Source of the DNA: Nitrospinaceae bacterium
GTDB taxonomy: Bacteria; Nitrospinota; Nitrospinia; Nitrospinales; Nitrospinaceae
DNA length: 64,000 bases
Reading direction: 5' to 3'
NCBI GenBank assembly: GCA_965223665.1
Contig: OZ245011.1
Location: 2,336,001-2,400,000 of the forward strand
This document shows, piece after piece, positions 19,502-28,799 of the stretch (its first letter is position 1; every line of letters begins with the position of its first letter). The notes under the pieces were generated by a model. It made no database searches. It was not told where the DNA came from and saw only the letters and a program-made list of their open reading frames with translations. A program made the position numbers and the translations under genes.

Positions 19502-21337
19502 ATGAAGATTAGCGGCTTAGCAAATTTTCTTCGACCTCCTTTGTCACGTCAAAGGAATAATGAAGAAACACAATTCAATACAAATATTCGGACATCATCC
19601 AAAGGTTTGGTGTCCCCACGTCCCAACCCCTCGAAAATACTTTTTGATTCATTTGTCTTCAAGTCCAATCAGGTTCCTAACATTAATAATCTATCCGGGC
19701 CACTGTCTGCATTTCGTTTGACAGAATCAGGAAGATTCCTAACAAACAAATTTCAAAAACCCAAACTCCCCATAATCGAAAATTTCGAAAAGCGATCCCG
19801 ATTTTTAGAAATCAAAACAGATTCAATTGAGAATATTAAAAGTCGACTCCAAAAATTAAAAGAAACGATCAGTGAAATCAATGAATCTCAGAAGCTTAAT
19901 TTAAGAGGTAATTCGTCAAATCCTCCAAACATCATAGAAATCCAGACTGGCAGTCAAAGCCCTCAAACTGAATTCAAGGTTCGCCCTAAGCGGTTAGCTT
20001 CTGGAAGTGTTCTAGTTTCGGACCAACAAAATAAAAGCTCATTAGGTTTATCGGGTAGTTTTCGAATTAATGGTACCGAGGTAAATGTGTCCACAAGCGA
20101 CACCCTTTTTGATATTAAAAACAAGATCAATTTAGGTGAAGATCTTAATAACAATGGACAATTAGACCCCAAAGAGGATTTCAATAATAATGGAATCGCT
20201 GAAATTCTTGAAATAAGTGGGAATGAGTTTTCAGAAGGTTTTTATTTAAATGAGGACATAAATGGGAATGCCGTTTTAGATCCCCAGGAAGATTTAAACA
20301 ACAATGGAAAATTAGATGGAGGAACTGTCAATTCTCAAGTCAAAGCAACAATACAAAATAATCGCTTGTTATTAACAAGTGTGGCGGAAGGCTCACAATC
20401 TATCTCCTTAGTGGACTCAGACGGAATTCTCTTAACACTCGGATTTTTTGAAACTACCCCGAGTGGATCTACTGTCCTAAAAGAAGTTCAATTAGATTTT
20501 TCCAAAAATCCTGCAACTAATTTAAATCAACAACCAAAACAAGCAGAAATTGAGTTCAATGGAAAAAAAACTCTAAGCAATTCAAATGAGTTTAAAAATA
20601 TTATTGAGGATACAACGTTATCTCTAAAAAACTCCTCGAATGAAGAAATATTAGGAAAGATCTTTCTGGATATTCAATCTGGAGTTCAGCAAATAAAAAC
20701 TTTTTTCGAAAATTTTAATTCTTCTATTGTTGCCTTGAATGATTCTCTGTTAGGATTCAACCAATTTACAACCGACTTTGAATTTCAAAAATTGAGAAGC
20801 GATTTAACCCAAAACTCAAAAAATCAAATCAAAAAAAATAACAAACAAGCTGAAACCCGAAAAAGCGTTTCGCCTCATTCAAGAAATACGAAATCATTTG
20901 GATTGGAGATATCAGAAGACAAAAACTCTAATATCTCCGAAATTGCTGTTTCACAATTAGTAAACACAATTAGAAGCGGGCTTCAGCTGCCCTTTGAAAA
21001 CACAGGCAATCATATTTTTAGAAAACTTACCACTATTGGTATCCGAAACCAAGAAGACAGCACATTTAAAATCGACATTCAAAAGCTTGAGGAAGCATTG
21101 AAAAAAAATCCCAAAGAAGTCTTAGACCTTTTCACCAATTCCCATACTGGAATTTTTAATTCCTTGGAGAAACAACTCAACAAGGTTTTGGATAAAAATT
21201 CCGGGTTATTAGAATTAAAGAAAGACTTAATTGAAAATGTCTCCAGTTTTTCTGAAACTCCTTCTGAAACTTTCGAAGCTGAAGAGCGTAACAGGACATT
21301 GGGCTTACAGTTTAGAAACTTAATTACAGTGGCTTAA
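19502..21337 (+). CDS. Flagellar cap (FliD)-like protein with Ca-binding-type repeats
   Basis: FliD-like architecture (RLASGS..S, SNSNEFKNIIEDTTLSL, LTTIGI...FKID..KLEEALKKNPKEVLDLF) plus EDxNxNG repeats. Confidence 0.75.
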   Translation: MKISGLANFLRPPLSRQRNNEETQFNTNIRTSSKGLVSPRPNPSKILFDSFVFKSNQVPNINNLSGPLSAFRLTESGRFLTNKFQKPKLPIIENFEKRSRFLEIKTDSIENIKSRLQKLKETISEINESQKLNLRGNSSNPPNIIEIQTGSQSPQTEFKVRPKRLASGSVLVSDQQNKSSLGLSGSFRINGTEVNVSTSDTLFDIKNKINLGEDLNNNGQLDPKEDFNNNGIAEILEISGNEFSEGFYLNEDINGNAVLDPQEDLNNNGKLDGGTVNSQVKATIQNNRLLLTSVAEGSQSISLVDSDGILLTLGFFETTPSGSTVLKEVQLDFSKNPATNLNQQPKQAEIEFNGKKTLSNSNEFKNIIEDTTLSLKNSSNEEILGKIFLDIQSGVQQIKTFFENFNSSIVALNDSLLGFNQFTTDFEFQKLRSDLTQNSKNQIKKNNKQAETRKSVSPHSRNTKSFGLEISEDKNSNISEIAVSQLVNTIRSGLQLPFENTGNHIFRKLTTIGIRNQEDSTFKIDIQKLEEALKKNPKEVLDLFTNSHTGIFNSLEKQLNKVLDKNSGLLELKKDLIENVSSFSETPSETFEAEERNRTLGLQFRNLITVA

Positions 21338-21338
21338 A

Positions 21339-21746
21339 ATGACCTCAATTCCCAAAACTGAAAAATTAATTCAATTGTTAAGTGAACAACAAACCTGCTA
21401 CCAGGCACTATTTGAACTTGCTAAACAGCAAAAGGACGCTATCGTTGAAAACGATGATGAGCAATTATTTAAAATAGTTGACAAAAAAAATCCCTATGTA
21501 AAAAAAATCTATGAACTAGACCAACAATTTACCAATATCTTAGGCTCATTAAGTGACAAAGAGAAAGATCTGCTAAATATAAATGGAGAAGACATAAGAA
21601 AGCGTATTGTCTCCTCTATTGAATCGTTGATAAAAATTGAGGAAGAATGCTCAAACTCCCTAAGTTATAAAAAGGAAGAAACTTATGAATTACTCAAGGA
21701 GTATAAAAAACGTAAAACCGGTTTAAAGGGTTACAACTCATTTTGA
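21339..21746 (+). CDS. FlgN/FliT-like flagellar export chaperone
   Basis: Helical pattern L..Q...Y..L.ELA..QK.AI...D...L..I...K, directly after the FliD-like gene. Confidence 0.6.
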   Translation: MTSIPKTEKLIQLLSEQQTCYQALFELAKQQKDAIVENDDEQLFKIVDKKNPYVKKIYELDQQFTNILGSLSDKEKDLLNINGEDIRKRIVSSIESLIKIEEECSNSLSYKKEETYELLKEYKKRKTGLKGYNSF

Positions 21747-21779
21747 AAATTTTTAATCTATCATAGAGAGCAAAAAAAA

Positions 21780-22001
21780 ATGCCATTGCCAGTAGGACAA
21801 GTTTCTAGAGTTTTCCGTAGCTATTTAAATCAAGAACGTATTGCAGAACTCAATAAAAAAAGCGGCATAAAGACCGTTCAAAGACAATCTGATCAAGTAA
21901 GCATTTCTTTAAAAGCAAGGGAGTTGCTTAAATCCAGTTTAGAAAATAAGGGTACTCTTTCCAACACATCTTTGAATTCCCCTACAAATTCTCAAAAGTA
22001 A
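21780..22001 (+). CDS. Small FlgM-associated-like protein
   Basis: 73 aa with a DQVSISLKAREL motif, typical of FlgM N-terminal-like segments. Confidence 0.55.
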   Translation: MPLPVGQVSRVFRSYLNQERIAELNKKSGIKTVQRQSDQVSISLKARELLKSSLENKGTLSNTSLNSPTNSQK

Positions 22002-22169
22002 GAGTTCCCTAAAAAGGTTCAAAGCTAAGAAATTTACAGCGTTTATACTCAGTAAAAAAGTAATTCCCTCCTGAGACCCAATTCAGTGTGGTAATTTTAT
22101 TAATAACTGATTATTATAAATCATTTCTTATTTTCAAAAATTTAAAAATAGAATAACCAGGAATTTTGA

Positions 22170-23642
22170 ATGATTTGTGTCCCTATTGTTGGCCCTACAA
22201 TGGATCAAGCCCTTAGTGATTTGGATTTATGCCAATCCGTAGCTGACTTTGTTGAGTTTCGTTTAGACCTATTCTCTGATTTTGATCTTCCCCGTCTTAT
22301 AAAAGAAGCGGGAAAACCATCCATAGTTACCAACCGTTCAAAAATGGAGGGAGGACAATTTAGAGGATCTGAAGACGAAAGAATTGCGGTTCTAAGAAAA
22401 GCCATTGACCAAGGAGCCCAATATATAGATATTGAAACATCTACCCCGGGCCCCTTATTAAAGTCTGTATTAGAAAATAAAGGAAACACTCAGGCGATTC
22501 TTTCTCATCATGATTTTACGAGAACTCCGGATGATTTGTTTCCACTATACGAATTAATGTGTCAATTGCCAGGAGATATTTTAAAAATTGTTACCTATGC
22601 CATGGATATAAGTAATAACCTGGTGTTGTTTAAGCTTTTGGCCCAAGCAAAAAAAGATGAGAAAAAATTGATAGCATTTTGTATGGGGGAGAAGGGTGAA
22701 ATAAGTAGAATATTATCGCCTCACCTGGGGGGCTTTTTAACTTTTGGGTCCCTGCAACGGGGGAAAGAAAGTGCCCCTGGTCAAATTCTAGCTTCAACTT
22801 TAAAACATATCTATCGAGTTAATGATCTCACCCCGGAAACCAAAATTTTTGGAGTTATTGGAGATCCTGTTTCCAAAAGCATGGGATATTTGATTCATAA
22901 TCAGGCGTTTCAAGAAACCCACTTGCCTCATGTATACGTTCCTTTTTTAGTCAAAAATGTTTCACAATTTTTTTCAGCTTTTGAACCTTACTTTAGCGGA
23001 CTAAGTGTGACTATGCCCTTCAAAGAAGAAATAATGAAGCATATGGATTTTTTAAATGAGGAAGCTAGACAAATTGGTGCCATGAACACCGTTGTTTGGG
23101 AAAAAAATAGTTGGGTGGGTTATAACACAGATTGCTCGGGGGCAATTATAGCTCTAGAAAAAAAAGTGAGCTTAGAAAACAAAAAAGTCTTAATTATAGG
23201 TGCAGGTGGAACTGCTAAAGCCATAGGACATGGTATTGCACAGCGGGGAAATCAATTAACCCTGACCTATAACCGAAACCGTGAAGGCGCAGAAAAGCTA
23301 GCTCAAGAATTAAGTGCTAAACTTATTAGCATTCGAGACATTGACCAAGAGTCCATCGACATTTTAATAAACTGCTCGCCAATAGGTATGAAACCCAATA
23401 TTGAAGAAACTCCCTTTAGGACAAATTTATTAAAACCTGAAATGGTCGTATTTGATTCAGTTTACAACCCTTTAGAAACCCGCCTCATTAGAGACGCTAA
23501 ACAAGCGGGATGCATAACTATTCCAGGAGCTGAACTATTTATCAATCAAGCCATGGCCCAATTCGAACTTTGGACTGGTTTGCCTGCCCCCGAAAGTGAA
23601 ATGCGAAATATTGTAATAAAAAAATTAAGTGAAAATGAATAA
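22170..23642 (+). CDS. aroDE: Bifunctional type I 3-dehydroquinate dehydratase / shikimate dehydrogenase
   Basis: N-terminal VEFRLD...SHHDF..TP...SAPGQ (AroD); C-terminal GDPVSKS, SVTMPFK, NTD, GAGGTA (AroE). Confidence 0.93.
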   Translation: MICVPIVGPTMDQALSDLDLCQSVADFVEFRLDLFSDFDLPRLIKEAGKPSIVTNRSKMEGGQFRGSEDERIAVLRKAIDQGAQYIDIETSTPGPLLKSVLENKGNTQAILSHHDFTRTPDDLFPLYELMCQLPGDILKIVTYAMDISNNLVLFKLLAQAKKDEKKLIAFCMGEKGEISRILSPHLGGFLTFGSLQRGKESAPGQILASTLKHIYRVNDLTPETKIFGVIGDPVSKSMGYLIHNQAFQETHLPHVYVPFLVKNVSQFFSAFEPYFSGLSVTMPFKEEIMKHMDFLNEEARQIGAMNTVVWEKNSWVGYNTDCSGAIIALEKKVSLENKKVLIIGAGGTAKAIGHGIAQRGNQLTLTYNRNREGAEKLAQELSAKLISIRDIDQESIDILINCSPIGMKPNIEETPFRTNLLKPEMVVFDSVYNPLETRLIRDAKQAGCITIPGAELFINQAMAQFELWTGLPAPESEMRNIVIKKLSENE

Positions 23643-23693
23643 CCCTTCCAAAAAAAATATCTTAAACTATAAAAGTATCTTTAGGAGCCTAGG

Positions 23694-25130
23694 GTGGGTC
23701 GAAATATCCAAAAATCCGAATTTTCTTCTGATGACTTTTTAGAATTCAATCAACGATTGAAGGAAGAATATCGTCTCCTTAACCAATGGTTTAAAGAAAG
23801 ATATTTTGATGAAGATGAGCCCGTTTGTGGATTCGAATTAGAAGCTTGGTTAATTGACCAAAATTTTTTACCCTCTCCCTCCAACGACCAGTTCCTAAAT
23901 AAATTAAACCATTCTTTGGTTGTCCCTGAACTATCAAAGTTTAATTTCGAGATCAATAGTACCCCTCAACGTATAGAAGGATCCGTTTTTCAAAACCTGG
24001 CAAAAGAATTCGGGGAAATCTGGGAACAATGTGAACGCTCTGCTCAGGAAATAAATTCCAAGGTTTTAACTGTTGGGATCCTCCCTACCCTTCGAGAAAA
24101 TATGCTCTCTTTGGAAAATATGTCTTCGAATAACAGATACCAAGCCCTGAATGATCAGGTCCTAAAATTAAGAAACGGGCAACCTCTTCAATTAAATATT
24201 AAAGGTCAGGATCACCTTCAGGTAAGCCACCAAGATGTTATGTTAGAAGCCGCAGCAACTTCTCTTCAAATTCATTTACAAGTAAACCCTAAAAAAGCAA
24301 TTCACTATTACAATGTTTCCCAAATTATTTCCGCTCCAATGGTAGCTTTAATGGCCAACTCCCCTTATCTATTCGGTAAAGATTTGTGGCAAGAAACCCG
24401 CATTCCCACATTTGAACAAGCCGTCTGTGTTGCTAGTTTTCGAGACTGTCGTGGGCAACAAATTGAGCGGGTAACATTTGGTACCGGGTATGCTCGCAAT
24501 TCCATTTTAGAACCTTTTTTAGAAAATTTGGATGGTTTCCCGGTATTACTTCCTTTTATTTATGATGAAGACCCCATAAATCTTAGTCATTTAAGATTAC
24601 ATAATGGAACCATATGGCGCTGGACTCGGCCCCTTATCGGCTTTGACAAAAATGGTAAGCCACATATCCGAATAGAGCACAGGGTTCCAGCCGCCGGCCC
24701 GAGCCAAGTGGATATAATTGCTAATATTGCATTTTTTGTGGGACTTATGGTTCATTTTAGTGATCAGGAAATCCCACTTGCATCTCAAATTCTTTTTCCC
24801 GATGCAAGAAAGAATTTTTACGAAGCGGCTCGTAAAGGTTTTAAAGCTCAAGTCAAATGGGTTTATGGACAAAAAATTATGATGAAAGACCTACTTTTAG
24901 ATATACTTCTCCCTGCTGCTAAAAAAGGTTTACTCTCAATGGGTATTGATGAGAAAGAAGTCATTTATTACCTTGACGAAATTATCAAACCTTGCGTGAA
25001 AACTGAGAGAAACGGGGCAAATTGGCAAAGAGAATTTATTTCCGTTTATGGACCTGATTTTCCAAATATGACACAAGCATATTATTCTAATCAGAAATTG
25101 AATATCTCTGTTTGCGATTGGGATATATAA
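23694..25130 (+). CDS. Glutamate-cysteine ligase family (GCS2) protein
   Basis: GFELEAWL, ELSKFNFEIN, SLQIHLQV, LHNGTIWRWTRP, RIEHRVPAAGPS. Confidence 0.85.
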   Translation: MGRNIQKSEFSSDDFLEFNQRLKEEYRLLNQWFKERYFDEDEPVCGFELEAWLIDQNFLPSPSNDQFLNKLNHSLVVPELSKFNFEINSTPQRIEGSVFQNLAKEFGEIWEQCERSAQEINSKVLTVGILPTLRENMLSLENMSSNNRYQALNDQVLKLRNGQPLQLNIKGQDHLQVSHQDVMLEAAATSLQIHLQVNPKKAIHYYNVSQIISAPMVALMANSPYLFGKDLWQETRIPTFEQAVCVASFRDCRGQQIERVTFGTGYARNSILEPFLENLDGFPVLLPFIYDEDPINLSHLRLHNGTIWRWTRPLIGFDKNGKPHIRIEHRVPAAGPSQVDIIANIAFFVGLMVHFSDQEIPLASQILFPDARKNFYEAARKGFKAQVKWVYGQKIMMKDLLLDILLPAAKKGLLSMGIDEKEVIYYLDEIIKPCVKTERNGANWQREFISVYGPDFPNMTQAYYSNQKLNISVCDWDI

Positions 25131-25137
25131 TACAAAC

Positions 25138-26136
25138 ATGAAGTTAAACGTACTCGATAATATTCCCAATAAATTATTAGAATTAGGACCGGAAGAATTA
25201 TATACTTTTCTCCCCGGTCCAACCCTGATCGAGATTCCAGGGGAACAAAAAAATCCCTTATTTATTTCTACATTGTTACATGGCAATGAAACTACAGGCT
25301 TCCTAGCACTTCAACGTTTCTTGAAAAATTTCAAGTTTCAAGAGAGGTCACTTCCCAGAAGTTTAATTATTTTTTTGGGAAATATTGAAGCCGCATCCCG
25401 AAATTTGAGACGTTATCCCAATCAACCTGATTATAACCGTCTATGGAATGGAGGATCATCTCCGGAGCACGAAATAGCTCAGCAAGTTTTAAAAATTGCA
25501 AAAGAAAGAAAGATTTTTGCCGCAATTGACCTGCACAATAGTTCTGGTAAAAACCCTCATTATGCCTGCATAAATAAAATAGATCCTTCCATTATTGGTC
25601 TGGCCAAACTATATAGTTCTATTTTAGTTTACTTCACTTTACCAAAAGGAGTTTTATCTCTAACATTTTCTGAATTCTGCCCGGCAATTACAATTGAGTC
25701 GGGATTACCAGGTGATTTGGGAGGTATTGCACACGTAACAGAATTTATTGAACTCTGTTTAAATCTTAGATCAATTCCTGAAATTCACTCAGAACCCAAA
25801 AATATTTTTTTAAGTAAGGGAAGAGTAACAGTTCCTTCGGGGAGTAAAATTGGGTTCAATCAGGAATGCAGGAACGTGGATTTCTGTTTTTTAGACAATT
25901 TGGATTCTATGAATTTCAACCTACTTCCTAAGGACACTTTAATCGGTTGGCGACACAATCCAAATTTTAAGCTTTCAATCACTAACGAATATGGCGACGA
26001 AGTCGGTGAAAAATATATCTATTATGACAACAAGAATGAAATCCGATTAAAAACTTCTGTCACACCTTCCTTATTTACGACCCAGCCTGAAATTGTCCAT
26101 CAGGATTGCTTAGGTTATTTTATGGAACATTATTAA
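25138..26136 (+). CDS. M14-family succinylglutamate desuccinylase/aspartoacylase-like deacylase
   Basis: LLHGNETTG, DYNRLW, IDLHN, TIESG. Confidence 0.85.
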   Translation: MKLNVLDNIPNKLLELGPEELYTFLPGPTLIEIPGEQKNPLFISTLLHGNETTGFLALQRFLKNFKFQERSLPRSLIIFLGNIEAASRNLRRYPNQPDYNRLWNGGSSPEHEIAQQVLKIAKERKIFAAIDLHNSSGKNPHYACINKIDPSIIGLAKLYSSILVYFTLPKGVLSLTFSEFCPAITIESGLPGDLGGIAHVTEFIELCLNLRSIPEIHSEPKNIFLSKGRVTVPSGSKIGFNQECRNVDFCFLDNLDSMNFNLLPKDTLIGWRHNPNFKLSITNEYGDEVGEKYIYYDNKNEIRLKTSVTPSLFTTQPEIVHQDCLGYFMEHY

Positions 26137-26160
26137 AAATGGAGAAAAATCTTAAAATTG

Positions 26161-26409
26161 CTAGGGTGATTTTCTCCATTGCACAAATAACTTCCATGCC
26201 TCACCTAAATGATTTATATCGAAACTGGCAGATTGGGCTGAGTTTTCAGAATCAGGACAACGGGCAACGATTATCATTTGATCTCTAATATTACCTGTTT
26301 CCATAAAAATGGAACAGCCTTCAGCCATAACAGCCCCGGTCCCTCTAAGCAACTCCTCTCGAACTTCACGAGCAGAATCTTCAACTGGCATCCCATTTTT
26401 ATTAAACAC
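26161..26409 (-). CDS. Hypothetical protein
   Basis: 82 aa ORF abutting the rhodanese gene in the same direction. Confidence 0.6.
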   Translation of the reverse strand: MFNKNGMPVEDSAREVREELLRGTGAVMAEGCSIFMETGNIRDQMIIVARCPDSENSAQSASFDINHLGEAWKLFVQWRKSP

Positions 26410-26410
26410 A

Positions 26411-26755
26411 TTACACCTGTGGACGATATCGAGGAATTGATGCGTCTACAACTTGCGACCAAGCATCTATTCCACCCAATAAGTTATAAACATCTTTAAA
26501 TCGTTCTTCTTTTAATATTTTAGCAGCCCGAAGGGATCTTTCTCCCACGTGGCAATAAACTACAATTGATTCTTCAAAGGCCAACTCTTGCATTCGATCC
26601 ACCAATTCAGCGATTGGGATATTTTCGGACCCAGGAATTGCTGCTAAAGAATGCTCCCACGTCTCTCTGACATCTAATAAAAAAATATCAGAATCTGACT
26701 CAATTAGTTGTTTTAGTTCTAAAGGTTGAATATTTATTATCTCTTCAGACGCCAA
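26411..26755 (-). CDS. Rhodanese-domain protein
   Basis: LLDVRETWE, VYCHVGERS, NLLGGIDAW. Confidence 0.92.
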   Translation of the reverse strand: MASEEIINIQPLELKQLIESDSDIFLLDVRETWEHSLAAIPGSENIPIAELVDRMQELAFEESIVVYCHVGERSLRAAKILKEERFKDVYNLLGGIDAWSQVVDASIPRYRPQV

Positions 26756-26962
26756 ATCTAAATTTCCTTATTGAAATAGGGTCTCTAAACCTGGGGAATA
26801 CAACAATTTCTACCCTTAACTCAGGGTATTTCTGGTACAAATTCCGTACAAATCCTATACCAATGTCCGGACAACCGTACAATTTTAACCTCCCAAAATT
26901 CATGGGAAAATCTAAGTACTTAAAATAAAAGCATTTTTTTGTTTTTTTTAAATAACTCCGAT

Positions 26963-26980
26963 TTGGCATAGACATTGCTT
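26963..26980 (+). promoter_or_regulatory. Sigma54 (-24/-12) promoter
   Basis: TTGGCATAGACATTGCTT = GG-N10-GC with TGGCA and TTGC consensus; AT-rich tract upstream. Confidence 0.75.
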
Positions 26981-26989
26981 TATAAAATC

Positions 26990-27143
26990 GAACCACTTAA
27001 CTGTGGGTTTGATCTCTCATCTCCCAGGGGGAGGTCGTAAAGACAGGTCACCGAATTTTGTAAGATTACCCAAACAGTATCTACCCTCCCGATGCTGTTT
27101 GGGCCTGTCTTTTGACCTCTTCCCAAAGGGATCAATTCTTTCC
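26990..27143 (+). ncRNA. Candidate sigma54-dependent structured sRNA
   Basis: Long nested hairpin 27009-27135 with four G-U pairs that form only on the + strand; apical loop UACCCUCCC; U-rich 3' tail. Confidence 0.6.
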
Positions 27144-28594
27144 TACTGAAAGTCCAGTAAAGGCCAATAAACCTTTAATAAGAAAATGTAACATCCCAAA
27201 CCCAATAAACTTAACAACATTCCAACTGTAGCCATTTCCCGGAGTGAAATTTGTCTTGATGAATATGCTAAGGCAGAAGCAGGTGTAGCAATAGGCAATA
27301 TAAAGGCAAAATTACTGGGTAAAATCACCGTCATTGTGGCCAAAACAGGGTTTATATTATTTACTGCACACATACTCAATACCGGGGGCAAAAGAACAGC
27401 AATCACCGCAGAGTTACTCATAAATGTTGTAAACAAAGTAGACAATGCAGCTATCGTTATTAAGAACAGGGTTGGTGAATTAATTAATCCATCAAAAACC
27501 TGGTTGGCTAACCATTGAGCGGCACCCGATTTAGCCATGACCTCGCCCAAGCAAATTGCACCTCCATACATCAAAATAATGGCCCAATTGACATGAGGCT
27601 CCACTTCCTTCCAAGTGATTAAGCTAAAAACAAATAAAGTAACAATTGCAATAATAGAAATGTTGGCAATCCCCAACTGGTCCCCAAACACAAACCAGAA
27701 AAACAGGGTTACCATCATTGCTAATCCGGTTCCCATTTCTTGAAAAGTCATCTTTCCTAATGAAAGTGATTTTTTCTTCAGGTTCTCTAAAGCGGGGCTC
27801 ATATTTACTTTCTCTGGCTGAAAAAAAAGAGAAAGAATTCCCCATCCACAGCACAACAAAAGAATGACAAGAGGCAACGACAACGCACTATATTGCAAAA
27901 TTCCAATACTACTTTGAAACTCTGTTCCTTTTTCAAGAATTTCCACAGCGAGTGGCACCCGTCCACCTCCCAATACTGTAGTGGAACCTCCTATAATACA
28001 TCCCCAGGCCATAGAAAAATATAATCCTTTTGCAAACGCCGAATTTCTCCGGGGTAACCCCAAAGAATTTACAATTTCCGTCACAATAGGAAACAACATG
28101 GCAGCTACCGCATGTTCTGACATAAAACATGAACTCACTGCCCCTAATAAATAAATAGAGCGCATTAGTAATTTTGGTCGATGGCCCCAACGTTGCAATA
28201 CATAGAGAGACATGCGGGAACTTAACCCACAAGCAATCATCGCACCGGATAAAATAAAAGCTCCGAGAATAAAAAAGACCGCCTTGTTTCCAAAAAAAGA
28301 ATAAACCTGAGAAGCATCCATTACTCCCATTAGCGGCAAGGCACCAATAGCTAACAGACTAGTGGCAGATAAGGGAATAACATTGGTCGACCATAAACTT
28401 ACACATAGAAAGAACAGACATAAAACCTTGTAACCATCCTCAGACAAACCATGAGGCGCCTCTTTTCCTAAAAAAATAAAAAAGAGAACAAACATCAAAG
28501 CCACCAAAATAGTTCGCCGAAACCTATCCATAAAAACGATCCACAAGGGTCGGCGATCAATAACAATTTTTTGCGTTGAATTTGATGGAATCAC
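27143..28594 (-). CDS. SLC13/DASS family anion:sodium symporter
   Basis: Multi-TM protein; FMSEHAVAAM, FMSNSAV, AFILPIATPASALAY. Confidence 0.9.
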   Translation of the reverse strand: MIPSNSTQKIVIDRRPLWIVFMDRFRRTILVALMFVLFFIFLGKEAPHGLSEDGYKVLCLFFLCVSLWSTNVIPLSATSLLAIGALPLMGVMDASQVYSFFGNKAVFFILGAFILSGAMIACGLSSRMSLYVLQRWGHRPKLLMRSIYLLGAVSSCFMSEHAVAAMLFPIVTEIVNSLGLPRRNSAFAKGLYFSMAWGCIIGGSTTVLGGGRVPLAVEILEKGTEFQSSIGILQYSALSLPLVILLLCCGWGILSLFFQPEKVNMSPALENLKKKSLSLGKMTFQEMGTGLAMMVTLFFWFVFGDQLGIANISIIAIVTLFVFSLITWKEVEPHVNWAIILMYGGAICLGEVMAKSGAAQWLANQVFDGLINSPTLFLITIAALSTLFTTFMSNSAVIAVLLPPVLSMCAVNNINPVLATMTVILPSNFAFILPIATPASALAYSSRQISLREMATVGMLLSLLGLGCYIFLLKVYWPLLDFQ

Positions 28595-28799
28595 AAGAGT
28601 CCTACTTGAAGTTTTTCTAGAAGGAGAAAAAAATATTATCCAATTTCTATAAGTTAAAAAAGTTTAACCATTTAACCTACAAGAAATAGCTAAAGGATTC
28701 AAGGAGTAACACTATCATCCTTGAGCAGTATGAGAAATTAACTCCAGTTCTTGGTCTATTTTTAAAATAAAATTAAAAGAGTTTTTTCTTTTAGGCAGT

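Noticed and set aside
26745-26996. 83-aa minus-strand ORF
   Set aside because: It overlaps the sigma54 promoter and upstream repeats and has no recognisable RBS or family; probably spurious.
27009-27135. 6S RNA or SRP RNA identity for the long hairpin
   Set aside because: The bulge is one-sided and the RNA is short for 6S; there is no SRP GGAA tetraloop or helix-8 motif. A covariance search is still needed.
28680-28770. Fluoride-riboswitch-like hairpin upstream of the SLC13 transporter
   Set aside because: TCAAGGA/TCCTTGA hairpin with a GATAGTGTT loop on the minus strand, but the 3' pseudoknot partner and conserved tail are absent.
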